The position numbers and the translations under genes were made by a program. The notes under the pieces were generated by a model. It did no database searches. It was not told the DNA's origin and saw only the letters and a list, made by a program, of their open reading frames with translations. Below are positions 28,401 through 35,581 of a DNA stretch of 64,000 bases, one piece after another; within the stretch, counting starts at the first letter, position 1, and each line of letters opens with the position of its first letter. The DNA comes from an uncultured Rikenellaceae bacterium (lineage in GTDB: Bacteria > Bacteroidota > Bacteroidia > Bacteroidales > VadinHA17): contig CAYPHL010000006.1 of assembly GCA_964410385.1 (NCBI GenBank), positions 4,026 through 68,025 of the forward strand. The letters run 5' to 3'.

Positions 28401-28714
28401 TTGGATTGCCTGTACTCATTATTCTTATTATGAATGATGAAGATAAGCCTTTTCTCAAGGGTGTAATCAAAGAAATCCTCTACTTCTTCAAGCTTCTTAA
28501 TACCGTAATCGGCTGTGTACTGTGCCAGTTCACGACCGTATTCATTGAAATAGCAGTCAATATCCTCGAACCTGTAGAAAGACCAGTAATAATCAAAATG
28601 CTGAACCCTGTTTTTACCGAAAGTCATCTGATGACCATTGTAGAACTGGCCGCTTGCGCTAAGCCAGGAAAAACATGCCAGTGTGATGATTATCAGTATT
28701 CGGACACTCCTCAT
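25436..28714 (-). CDS. Large outer-membrane protein: N-terminal domain of unknown function, TolB/PD40-like beta-propeller repeats, C-terminal Omp85-like beta-barrel
   Basis: About 1090 aa counted from the internal Met MRSVRILIIITLACFSWLSASGQ (a clean signal peptide; the track start is 28771). PD40-like repeats (VSPDGRYIAFV, SYSPEGSRIIISG). C-terminal alternating strands ending ...LSFSLDF. Confidence 0.6.
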   Translation of the reverse strand: MRSVRILIIITLACFSWLSASGQFYNGHQMTFGKNRVQHFDYYWSFYRFEDIDCYFNEYGRELAQYTADYGIKKLEEVEDFFDYTLEKRLIFIIHNKNNEYRQSNVGLVTSGEDSYNTGGFSRIIKNKVMLYYEGDHVAYQKQIGAAITEVIINEMLYDADLRDRINSSSVITIPNWYIKGLTNYVSFGWDIETENRVKDGILSGKYKNFNNLEYDDAIYAGQSFWRFLGKKYGDALIPNIIYLTKVYKNTEDGFLYVIGKDLKELLKEWKEFYTNEFSGDSGQPANDNNVIASSKKDQIYQQVKVSPDGRYIAFVTNIWGRKKINLYDGSTGKIKVIFRREPKYEHITDNTYPVIAWHPGGQILTYINEEKAGMAIYLYRTDEKKTESRTLLYYDKVLDFSYSPEGSRIIISGVKDGITDLYVHTIASGTNEQITRDIADDLNPSFLTGAEDIIVFSSNRLTDTLSNTADPFEKVNGTFDLFTYNLSQRNNILTRLSEGQYVDRFSPSGTIRNRFIYTGDADGILNRYTAGFDSAIAYIDTTTHYRYFINSVPVTDYDRNILSQSVANASDTYGEIVFNKGKFNLRRGKMSDSDIAKDEMIPSNFRKEKSLLLHKADSVEQIRQWLIAEDKKRRDTLTKPLYEYYIKNEPIDISHYIFEKEKQNYYDQLWRKDYMDIDLDTGTLEMPAIRIYQTAFYNNYIANQIDFSFLNNTYQVYSGGAPYYNPGVNLLSRFGIIDLFENYRITGGFRFSGNFDSNEYLVSVESLKGKFDKQFIFHRQGFFSSNDSSYFKSHTHNIYLTYSYPFTPVLALKGTVAYRNDRHVMLYSDNMVAALNSKNISRHWANLKGELVYDNTRKRAINIYYGTRFKVFGEYYKELNYGKSDMIVVGLDFRKYIKIHRELIWANRLAASTSYGPTRLVYYLGGVDNWMGNLFNRSGMFDQSIPVNPNMNYGFQALATNMRGFTQNIRNGTSFALINSEIRWPFVRYIAGRPLKSNFLNSLQVVGFGDIGSAWVGRSPWSGENAWDNEIIESGSVKVTLDSNREPVVAGFGAGLRAQLMGYFIRADWAWGIENNYILPRIFYLSFSLDF

Positions 28715-28978
28715 TATCTGATCCTTTAGGATATAAACCGGGCTGTTATAAGCAAATATTGTTCCAAACAATCCGGTTTTTGCAGCAAAACTAATGATAT
28801 TATGGTTTAAAATATCTAAAAAGATTAAAGTTTATTAATTTTGTCATGTTTTATGATAAATAACATTCCGGTCTGATTTTTGTACACGATGATGCAACCA
28901 AATTACAACCCGGATAGTTATAATAAAAACCGGAATGTGGTGTTAATTATTATGTTGTCTTAAACAAAAATTTGCAAT

Positions 28979-30070
28979 ATGAAAAAAGTCTGTCTGATCA
29001 TTTCAACATTAACAATCACTTTTTCGATGATGGCCCAGCCTGTGATGAAACTTTCCCAGACTGAGCATAATTTCGGTAAATTCAAGGAAGAAGCCGGGAG
29101 GCAAACACATGAATTTCTGGTGACAAACAGCGGGACATCTCCGCTTGTCATCCAGAATATTGTCGCTTCATGCGGCTGTACAACTCCTGAATGGACCAAA
29201 CAGCCCATTCCTCCCGGAGGCAAAGGTGTAATAACAGCTATCTATGATCCCCAGAACAGGCCGGGGGCATTTAACAAAACACTTTCGGTCTATACAAATT
29301 CAAAACCGGAAGTTGTTGTCCTGTCCATCAAGGGTGAAGTCATTCCCCGTGAAAAGACTATGGAGGAATTATATATTTTTCCTGTAGGCTCCATCAGATT
29401 TGAAAGCAACCATCTTGCTTTCACCAATGTAAAGAAGACTGACAAAAAGATCAGGGTCATGCAGGTGATTAACCCGTCAAAGGAAGCCGTTAAGATAGAA
29501 TTTGAAAGCCTTCCTGCACATCTTTCGCTTAAAGCCAATCCTGAGACACTTAAACCGGGACAGAAAGGGATAATTGAAGGAACCTATGATGCTACTAAGA
29601 ATGACAGCTGGGGAAATGTCAGCGATATGGTAAAGGTTAAGCTGAACGGCGTCACACAACAGAATGTCTTTTACTATATTTCTGCCAATCTTGTTGAAGA
29701 TTTCTCATCACTTTCAAAGGCTGATCTTGAAAATGCACCTGTATTTAAGCTGGCATCCACAACTGTCGACATCGGTAAGATGCCGGGTTCAACCGAGAAG
29801 GAAGTTGAATTCAAATTCACCAATGCCGGAAATCGCGATCTTGTAATAAGACATGTCAGGTCTACCTGCGGATGTACCGCCGTACAGCAGGGAACGCAGG
29901 GTATGGGTATTAAACCGGGACAATCGAGCTCGATAAAAGCAAAATTCAATTCCGGCAGCTATAAGGGAAGGGTCACAAAGGCAATCTATGTCTATACAAA
30001 TGACCCGAAGAACTCGGAGGTGGTCCTTATGCTCAACGCCGATGTTGAGCAGGCTGCCGCCCAGAAATAA
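28979..30070 (+). CDS. DUF1573 domain-containing secreted protein (two DUF1573 repeats)
   Basis: 363 aa. Signal peptide. HNFGKFKEEAG...FLVTNSGTSPLVIQNIVASCGCTTPEW near the N-terminus and FKFTNAGNRDLVIRHVRSTCGCTA near the C-terminus are the DUF1573 signature. Confidence 0.8.
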   Translation: MKKVCLIISTLTITFSMMAQPVMKLSQTEHNFGKFKEEAGRQTHEFLVTNSGTSPLVIQNIVASCGCTTPEWTKQPIPPGGKGVITAIYDPQNRPGAFNKTLSVYTNSKPEVVVLSIKGEVIPREKTMEELYIFPVGSIRFESNHLAFTNVKKTDKKIRVMQVINPSKEAVKIEFESLPAHLSLKANPETLKPGQKGIIEGTYDATKNDSWGNVSDMVKVKLNGVTQQNVFYYISANLVEDFSSLSKADLENAPVFKLASTTVDIGKMPGSTEKEVEFKFTNAGNRDLVIRHVRSTCGCTAVQQGTQGMGIKPGQSSSIKAKFNSGSYKGRVTKAIYVYTNDPKNSEVVLMLNADVEQAAAQK

Positions 30071-30071
30071 A

Positions 30072-31157
30072 ATGAACGGAAGAAAAAAGACGGGAAGCAA
30101 TCTTCGGGTAAGGGAAGAAATTGATCAGCCTCCGAATATAAACCCTGCAGTTTTTTCAGGAGTAAAGATGCAGAGAAAAAAATACTCTGAGGATGAGTAT
30201 TTTTCCGGTATTCTTGAAGGTAACCGTACAATACTGAGTCAGGCAATAACACTCGCCGAGAGCTCCCGGCCGGACCACTGTTGCATGATCCAGGAAATAA
30301 TTGAGAGGTGCCTGCCATACAGCGGGAAATCTGTACGGATAGGTATAACGGGTGTTCCCGGAGCGGGTAAAAGCACATTCATAGAAACTTTCGGCCTTTA
30401 TATTTGTGGAGCTGGGCGTAAGACAGCCGTTCTTGCCATCGATCCCAGCAGCGGAAGAACAAAAGGAAGTATCCTCGGCGATAAAACCAGGATGGAAAAG
30501 CTTAGCATCCATCCCAATGCTTTCATCAGACCTTCACCCGCTGCAGGAACTCCCGGAGGAGTAGCCAGAAAAACCAGGGAATCTATAATACTGTGTGAAG
30601 CTGCAGGATTTGATACAATAATTGTTGAAACAGTAGGTGTTGGACAGTCAGAGACAGCAGTTCATTCTATGGTCGATTTTTTCCTGCTTCTTATGCTTGC
30701 AGGAGCCGGAGATGAACTCCAGGGAATAAAGCGCGGTATTATTGAAATGGCCGATGCAATCGCAATAACAAAAGCCGACGGAGATAATAAAATGAATGCG
30801 GATAAAGCTTCTGTTCTCTACAGGAATGCACTCTCCCTGTTCCCCCCGCAACCATCAGGATGGAAACCGGAAGTACTGACATGCTCCGCAGTTAATAAAA
30901 CAGGGATAAAGGAACTCTGGGACCTGATCACAGGATATATTTCATTCACACTTAAGAACGGATATTTTGAGGAAAGACGTAAACAGCAATCGGTGATAAG
31001 AATGAACGATGCGATAAGGGATCATCTTATTAATTCCTTTCATAATGACAGAGATGTTAAAGCGATGCTTCCACATTTCGAAAAACAGCTTTATGATGGC
31101 AGAATTACTTCCTACATGGCAGCCATGGCCCTTATCGATAAATACAATAAAAAATAA
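30072..31157 (+). CDS. meaB: Methylmalonyl-CoA mutase-associated G3E GTPase MeaB (ArgK)
   Basis: P-loop GITGVPGAGKSTFIE, VETVGVGQSE, ITKADG. I prefer the start at 30072 (M29 of the track ORF), one nt after the DUF1573 stop. The upstream 28 codons overlap the DUF1573 gene. Confidence 0.85.
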   Translation: MNGRKKTGSNLRVREEIDQPPNINPAVFSGVKMQRKKYSEDEYFSGILEGNRTILSQAITLAESSRPDHCCMIQEIIERCLPYSGKSVRIGITGVPGAGKSTFIETFGLYICGAGRKTAVLAIDPSSGRTKGSILGDKTRMEKLSIHPNAFIRPSPAAGTPGGVARKTRESIILCEAAGFDTIIVETVGVGQSETAVHSMVDFFLLLMLAGAGDELQGIKRGIIEMADAIAITKADGDNKMNADKASVLYRNALSLFPPQPSGWKPEVLTCSAVNKTGIKELWDLITGYISFTLKNGYFEERRKQQSVIRMNDAIRDHLINSFHNDRDVKAMLPHFEKQLYDGRITSYMAAMALIDKYNKK

Positions 31158-31177
31158 GACCGGAACACAATTATTTG

Positions 31178-31185
31178 TATCTTTG
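31178..31185 (+). promoter_or_regulatory. Candidate -7 box (TAnnTTTG) for the TlpA-like gene
   Basis: TATCTTTG, 39 nt upstream of the ATG at 31225. Confidence 0.4.
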
Positions 31186-31224
31186 CGCGATTTAAAAATT
31201 GAAAATCCGATATAAGTTAATAAA

Positions 31225-32322
31225 ATGAAAAAAGTCATCTATCTGTTTGTTCTGGCAGTATTTCTGTCTGCCTGTAATTCCGAACCCCGGTTTGTTATTA
31301 AAGGGAAAATCTCCGGCTCCGACAGCGTCACATTTCTGCTTCAGAAGAGGGATGCAGGAAAAATAGTCACCATCGATTCTTCTGTCGTAAAAAAAGGATC
31401 ATTCAAAATGACCGGGAAGGTTGCATATCCCGAACTTGTACAGCTTATCGCCCTGAATACTCCATACAGAACATCATTCTATCTTGAAAATTCAGAGATA
31501 TCGGTGACCGGTAAGCTCGATTCGCTTTTCAATGCAAAGGTTACCGGCTCCAGGACACAGGATGAATACAATTCGCTTATTGAGTCAACAAAGCCTTTAA
31601 GTGAAAAATATTCAGGACTGGTTCAGGAATACCAGGCAGCCCGGCAGGTAAATGACACTGCCAAGATGTCGCAGATCGAGAGAGCTGCTGATGATGTAAG
31701 TAAAGAGATGACATCGGCCCAGAAGACATTCATCAAAAATAACCCGTCATCTTTTGTCACTCCGACTATCCTCAGGAGCCTCAGTTATGAAATGGAAGCC
31801 GGCGAAATTGAAGCCGCCATAAATTCTATGGATACGAGTGTTTCAAAAATCCCTGTTGTACAGGAACTGAAGGTCAGGCTGGAAGCAATGAAAAGAGTTG
31901 CAACAGGACAGAAGGCCCCCGATTTTACCCTGAATGATGTAAACGGCAATCCTGTTTCATTATCATCAAAGATCGGATCAAAGCTTCTGCTCGTTGATTT
32001 CTGGGCAGCCTGGTGCGGACCATGCCGCCAGGAAAACCCGAATGTTGTGAAAGTTTATAACGAATTTAAGAATAAAGGATTTGATGTTTTCGGTGTATCG
32101 CTCGATCAGTCAAAGGACGACTGGGTAAAGGCAATTGCTGATGACAAGCTTACCTGGACACATGTTTCAGATCTTAAATACTGGAGTAGTGATGCAGCAA
32201 AGTTATATGCAGTCAATTCTATTCCTGCTAATTTCCTTCTCGACGAAACCGGAACAATAATTGGCCGTAATCTCAGGGGTAATGACCTCAGGGAAAAAGT
32301 CAAGGAGTTGTTGAGCAAATAA
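31225..32322 (+). CDS. TlpA/AhpC-TSA family thiol-disulfide oxidoreductase lipoprotein with an N-terminal DUF4369-like domain
   Basis: 365 aa. Lipobox LSACN. Thioredoxin-fold active site WAAWCGPCRQE in the C-terminal domain. Confidence 0.85.
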   Translation: MKKVIYLFVLAVFLSACNSEPRFVIKGKISGSDSVTFLLQKRDAGKIVTIDSSVVKKGSFKMTGKVAYPELVQLIALNTPYRTSFYLENSEISVTGKLDSLFNAKVTGSRTQDEYNSLIESTKPLSEKYSGLVQEYQAARQVNDTAKMSQIERAADDVSKEMTSAQKTFIKNNPSSFVTPTILRSLSYEMEAGEIEAAINSMDTSVSKIPVVQELKVRLEAMKRVATGQKAPDFTLNDVNGNPVSLSSKIGSKLLLVDFWAAWCGPCRQENPNVVKVYNEFKNKGFDVFGVSLDQSKDDWVKAIADDKLTWTHVSDLKYWSSDAAKLYAVNSIPANFLLDETGTIIGRNLRGNDLREKVKELLSK

Positions 32323-32327
32323 GAAAT

Positions 32328-32378
32328 AAACGTATTAAAAAACGTATTAAAAAACGTATTTTAATACGTTTTTTTTTA
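32328..32378. terminator. AT-rich bidirectional terminator-like hairpin built from a triple 12-nt tandem repeat plus one inverted copy
   Basis: cgtatt occurs at 32331, 32343 and 32355 (12-nt period) and is followed by aatacg (32363-32368) and a T9 run. An A-run precedes it. Lies between the convergent TlpA-like and response-regulator genes. Confidence 0.5.
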
Positions 32379-32405
32379 TCCTTTGGAGATAACAGGGATA
32401 TTTAT

Positions 32406-33083
32406 TTATTCCCTGTTCAGTTCTTCCAGGATAAACCCTGTTCCCCTTACGGTACGGATATCTAAATTCCTGTCACCTGATATATATTTTCTGAGACGGC
32501 TGATGAACACATCCATACTGCGGCCCAGAAAATAGTCATCCTCCCCCCATATTTCGTTAAGGATATCTTCCCTGGCAAGGATTTTATTCTTGTTTACAAT
32601 AAAATACTTGAGCAGCTGCGCTTCCTTTAAGGTAAGCTTTTCAGTCGTATCTCCGCAGATAAGTTCAAGGGTATTGAACTTCAGCAGAGTGTTTGATATC
32701 TTGTATTCGTCAGTTGATGAGGAATAAACCCGTTTAAGAATATTATTGATCCTGAGTATCAGCACCTCGGGATCAAAAGGTTTAGTGATGTAGTCGTCGG
32801 CGCCTATCTTCAGTCCGCGTACAATGTCTTCCTTGAGGCTTTTTGCGGTCAGATAAATCAGCGGGACATCTGGTTCCGCTTCCTTTATCTTTTCTCCCAG
32901 GGTAAATCCGTCCATTTCCGGCATCATTACATCAAGGACGCAAATGTCGGGCTTGTCGTTTTTAAATGATTCCCATGCTTCCTTTCCGTCCCTGGCTAGG
33001 TTAACATCAAATCCGCTGATTGTAACATACTGTGCAAGAATGTTACCAAAATCCCTGTCATCTTCAGCTAATAAAACTTTCAT
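32406..33083 (-). CDS. OmpR/PhoB-type response regulator
   Basis: 225 aa. Receiver domain (DD...DVMMPEMDG...K) plus a winged-helix output domain (RTVRGTGFIL). Confidence 0.9.
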   Translation of the reverse strand: MKVLLAEDDRDFGNILAQYVTISGFDVNLARDGKEAWESFKNDKPDICVLDVMMPEMDGFTLGEKIKEAEPDVPLIYLTAKSLKEDIVRGLKIGADDYITKPFDPEVLILRINNILKRVYSSSTDEYKISNTLLKFNTLELICGDTTEKLTLKEAQLLKYFIVNKNKILAREDILNEIWGEDDYFLGRSMDVFISRLRKYISGDRNLDIRTVRGTGFILEELNRE

Positions 33084-33095
33084 TTCTGCAAATAA

Positions 33096-34523
33096 TTAAT
33101 ACGGAAGTGTTACTGTAAAGATACTACCTTTTCCCGGTTTACTGTTTACCGAGACGTCGCCGCCATGAGCTTCGGCAATTTTTCTTACATAATACAGGCC
33201 GAGTCCCAGACCTTTATATTTATGGATATTGCCTGACGAGGCCCGATAGAACTTATCGAAAATGTGCTTCTGGTCAGCACGGTTTATCCCTATGCCGTTA
33301 TCCGCCACGCTGATGCAGATTTTATTATCGGCAGTAAAGCCTTCGACATTTATTTCAGGATCCTTATCGGAATATTTCACCGCATTTGAAAGAAGATTAT
33401 TGATCATGGTGGTGAAATAGATCAGGTCGATATCAGCTTCAAGCCCGTTGAAGTTATATTTCTGGCTCAGTGATGCGCTGTTACCCGGCCCTACTTTAAA
33501 GCTGTTCACAATATCATTCATCAGTTCCTCGATATTGACTTTCTTTTTGTCGAGCTGGAATTCAGTTCTTTCCCACATTGATATTTCGAGGATCATATTT
33601 ATGAGCTGGTTCAGGTTAACACTCTGTTTTCCGATCATCTTTGCAGTTTCAAGCACTTTGGTTTCATCCGAACGGATCTTTTGCATTTCAAGGGTTTTTC
33701 CTGCCACGGTTATTGTTGCAAGAGGGGTTTTCAACTCGTGGGTCATATTATTTATAAAATCGGTCTTGAGGTTCGAAAGCCTCCTTTCTTCCATAAGGTT
33801 ACGGTATGTGATAAGGAATAATATAACCACCACAAGGAGGCTGAAAATGCTCATACCGAGAGAGGCAGCTGAAGCCCGGAGTACCATCATCCGTTTATCT
33901 GTAAAGTCGATATAATACTCGAAGAACAGGAAATAATAATTATCCTCAAGTCCCCGGCGTTCAACTAAAATGTTGGATGTTCTGGCATCCAGAGTTTCCG
34001 GAAGGGTGGGGGAGACAGAGACCGGCGGACCCTGTCCCTGACCTCTCTGGTCAGGGGGTCGCCGCCTCACAAAGAACTCGTTCTGATAAATGGGAAATGT
34101 ATCAACACCTATTATTTCGAGGTTGGTGATCTCAATCCTGTGAGTGAATTCCTTGTCAACTTTCATTCTTTCGAAGTATGCAGAAAGGTAACCAGACAGG
34201 TCCTGTTCCTTGTTAAGTACCATTGTGAAATATTCCAGGATCTCATTCTTTTTCTGCTGAAGCAGCTTTTCATCTTTTATCCCGGCCAGTTCCTTTGCTG
34301 CTTTCTCCGAATAATTATCAAGGATAAAGCGGACTGTATCATAGACATCAAGTGCCTGCGGGCGGCGAAGGGTTGAAACGGCTTCCTGCGACAGAAGCCT
34401 GTACCTGAGGTCGAGCATTTCCAGGTTTTGTTTCCATATCCCCCTTATTATGATTATCTGGGCAATTATGAGAATGGCAATAGCTGCCACACCAAGCAAC
34501 AGGATCGTATTCCTCTTTTTCAT
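33096..34523 (-). CDS. Sensor histidine kinase (HisKA + HATPase_c)
   Basis: H-box MTHELKTPLATI, N-box NLLSNAVKY, G-boxes DNGIGI and GLGLGLYYV, two TM helices. The internal Met MKKRNTILLLG (34523) is preferred over the track start at 34589. Confidence 0.85.
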   Translation of the reverse strand: MKKRNTILLLGVAAIAILIIAQIIIIRGIWKQNLEMLDLRYRLLSQEAVSTLRRPQALDVYDTVRFILDNYSEKAAKELAGIKDEKLLQQKKNEILEYFTMVLNKEQDLSGYLSAYFERMKVDKEFTHRIEITNLEIIGVDTFPIYQNEFFVRRRPPDQRGQGQGPPVSVSPTLPETLDARTSNILVERRGLEDNYYFLFFEYYIDFTDKRMMVLRASAASLGMSIFSLLVVVILFLITYRNLMEERRLSNLKTDFINNMTHELKTPLATITVAGKTLEMQKIRSDETKVLETAKMIGKQSVNLNQLINMILEISMWERTEFQLDKKKVNIEELMNDIVNSFKVGPGNSASLSQKYNFNGLEADIDLIYFTTMINNLLSNAVKYSDKDPEINVEGFTADNKICISVADNGIGINRADQKHIFDKFYRASSGNIHKYKGLGLGLYYVRKIAEAHGGDVSVNSKPGKGSIFTVTLPY

Positions 34524-34637
34524 TTTCACCGGTTTACTTATCAAAAGTATTGATTTTTTATCAAACCCCGGGGCCTGCTGGCCAAACATTAACCCTGCGT
34601 TAACGCTGCATTAACAATATCCCGGCAATAACGGTAC

Positions 34638-34645
34638 TATCTTTG
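34638..34645 (+). promoter_or_regulatory. Candidate -7 box (TAnnTTTG) for the secreted coiled-coil protein gene
   Basis: TATCTTTG, 26 nt upstream of the ATG at 34672. Confidence 0.45.
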
Positions 34646-34671
34646 AATAAACAAATAACAAAAAGGCAGTC

Positions 34672-35391
34672 ATGAAAAAGTATGGATTAATATTAAGCGT
34701 TGTTTTCCTCGTTATGATTTGTCCCTTCCGGCAGGCAGTTGCACAGGAAAAGACAAAGGAGGAAAAGGAAAAAGAGCTTCAGGAGGCAATCAATGAGCAG
34801 AAAAAAGCTATGATCGAACGGCAGAAAGCTGAACAGGAAGCACAAATGGAATTTCAGCAGCAGATGGATAAGGCAAAGGTCATCCGGAAGGAAGCTGTTG
34901 ACAAAGCCATGGAGAGAGTCCATGATAATGTCGGGAAAATAGACGATCCTGAATTTCAGCGTATAATAAGGAATTACAGGGATCTGGGGAAATCGTGGAC
35001 ACCCGCTGAACCATTTATCTTTTCACCTGATCTGGGTGATTTTTACCTTCATTCAAACGGGAATGGAGAAAGAACAACCTGGGATTTCTCAAAATCAATC
35101 AAAGAATCTTCATTTTCAAGGGATTATGTTTTCGATGTTGAAAAAACCGCCAAATCAGTGGTTATGTCTGTCAGCGGCGACTGCAAGGCAGGGGAGATAA
35201 AAATAAAGATTATAATGCCGGGAGGGAAAACATTCTCGGAAATTGTAATAGATGAGTTTGGAAACCTGAACTGGAGGAAATCTCTTAGTATCACTGAAAC
35301 TGAGAATCAGGACAAGACAGGTGAATGGAAATTTGACATAAAATCTTCAAAAGCCACCGGCTACTTTAAGATCTTTTTCCAGGTCAGCTAA
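34672..35391 (+). CDS. Hypothetical secreted protein: coiled-coil N-terminal half, beta-rich C-terminal half
   Basis: 239 aa. Signal peptide, a Glu/Lys/Gln-rich heptad-like segment (EKTKEEKEKELQEAINEQKKAMIERQKAEQEAQ...), then a beta-sandwich-like tail. A TAtcTTTG box lies 26 nt upstream. Confidence 0.55.
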   Translation: MKKYGLILSVVFLVMICPFRQAVAQEKTKEEKEKELQEAINEQKKAMIERQKAEQEAQMEFQQQMDKAKVIRKEAVDKAMERVHDNVGKIDDPEFQRIIRNYRDLGKSWTPAEPFIFSPDLGDFYLHSNGNGERTTWDFSKSIKESSFSRDYVFDVEKTAKSVVMSVSGDCKAGEIKIKIIMPGGKTFSEIVIDEFGNLNWRKSLSITETENQDKTGEWKFDIKSSKATGYFKIFFQVS

Positions 35392-35450
35392 AGCAGAAAT
35401 TCCGGAATATTTTTTTAAACCCTAAAAAAGAAGTATTTCAGAAGCAATTA

Positions 35451-35553
35451 TTAACCGCAAAGAGCGCAAAAGATTTACGCAAAGTACGCAAAGGAATTAA
35501 TACATTATTTGCCTTAGCGACCTTTGCGAAACCTTAGCGACCTTTGCGGTTAA
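35451..35553. repeat. Inverted pair of family-1 modules (TTAA ends outermost)
   Basis: Arms 35451-35494 (ttaaccgcaaagagcgcaaaag...) and 35512-35553 (...ccttagcgacctttgcggttaa). The outer 12 bp pair perfectly. All cores are the C/G variant (CGCAAAG / CTTTGCG). Lies between convergent genes. Confidence 0.85.
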
Positions 35554-35581
35554 AGATTTTATCAGTAAAGAATTTTTCCTC

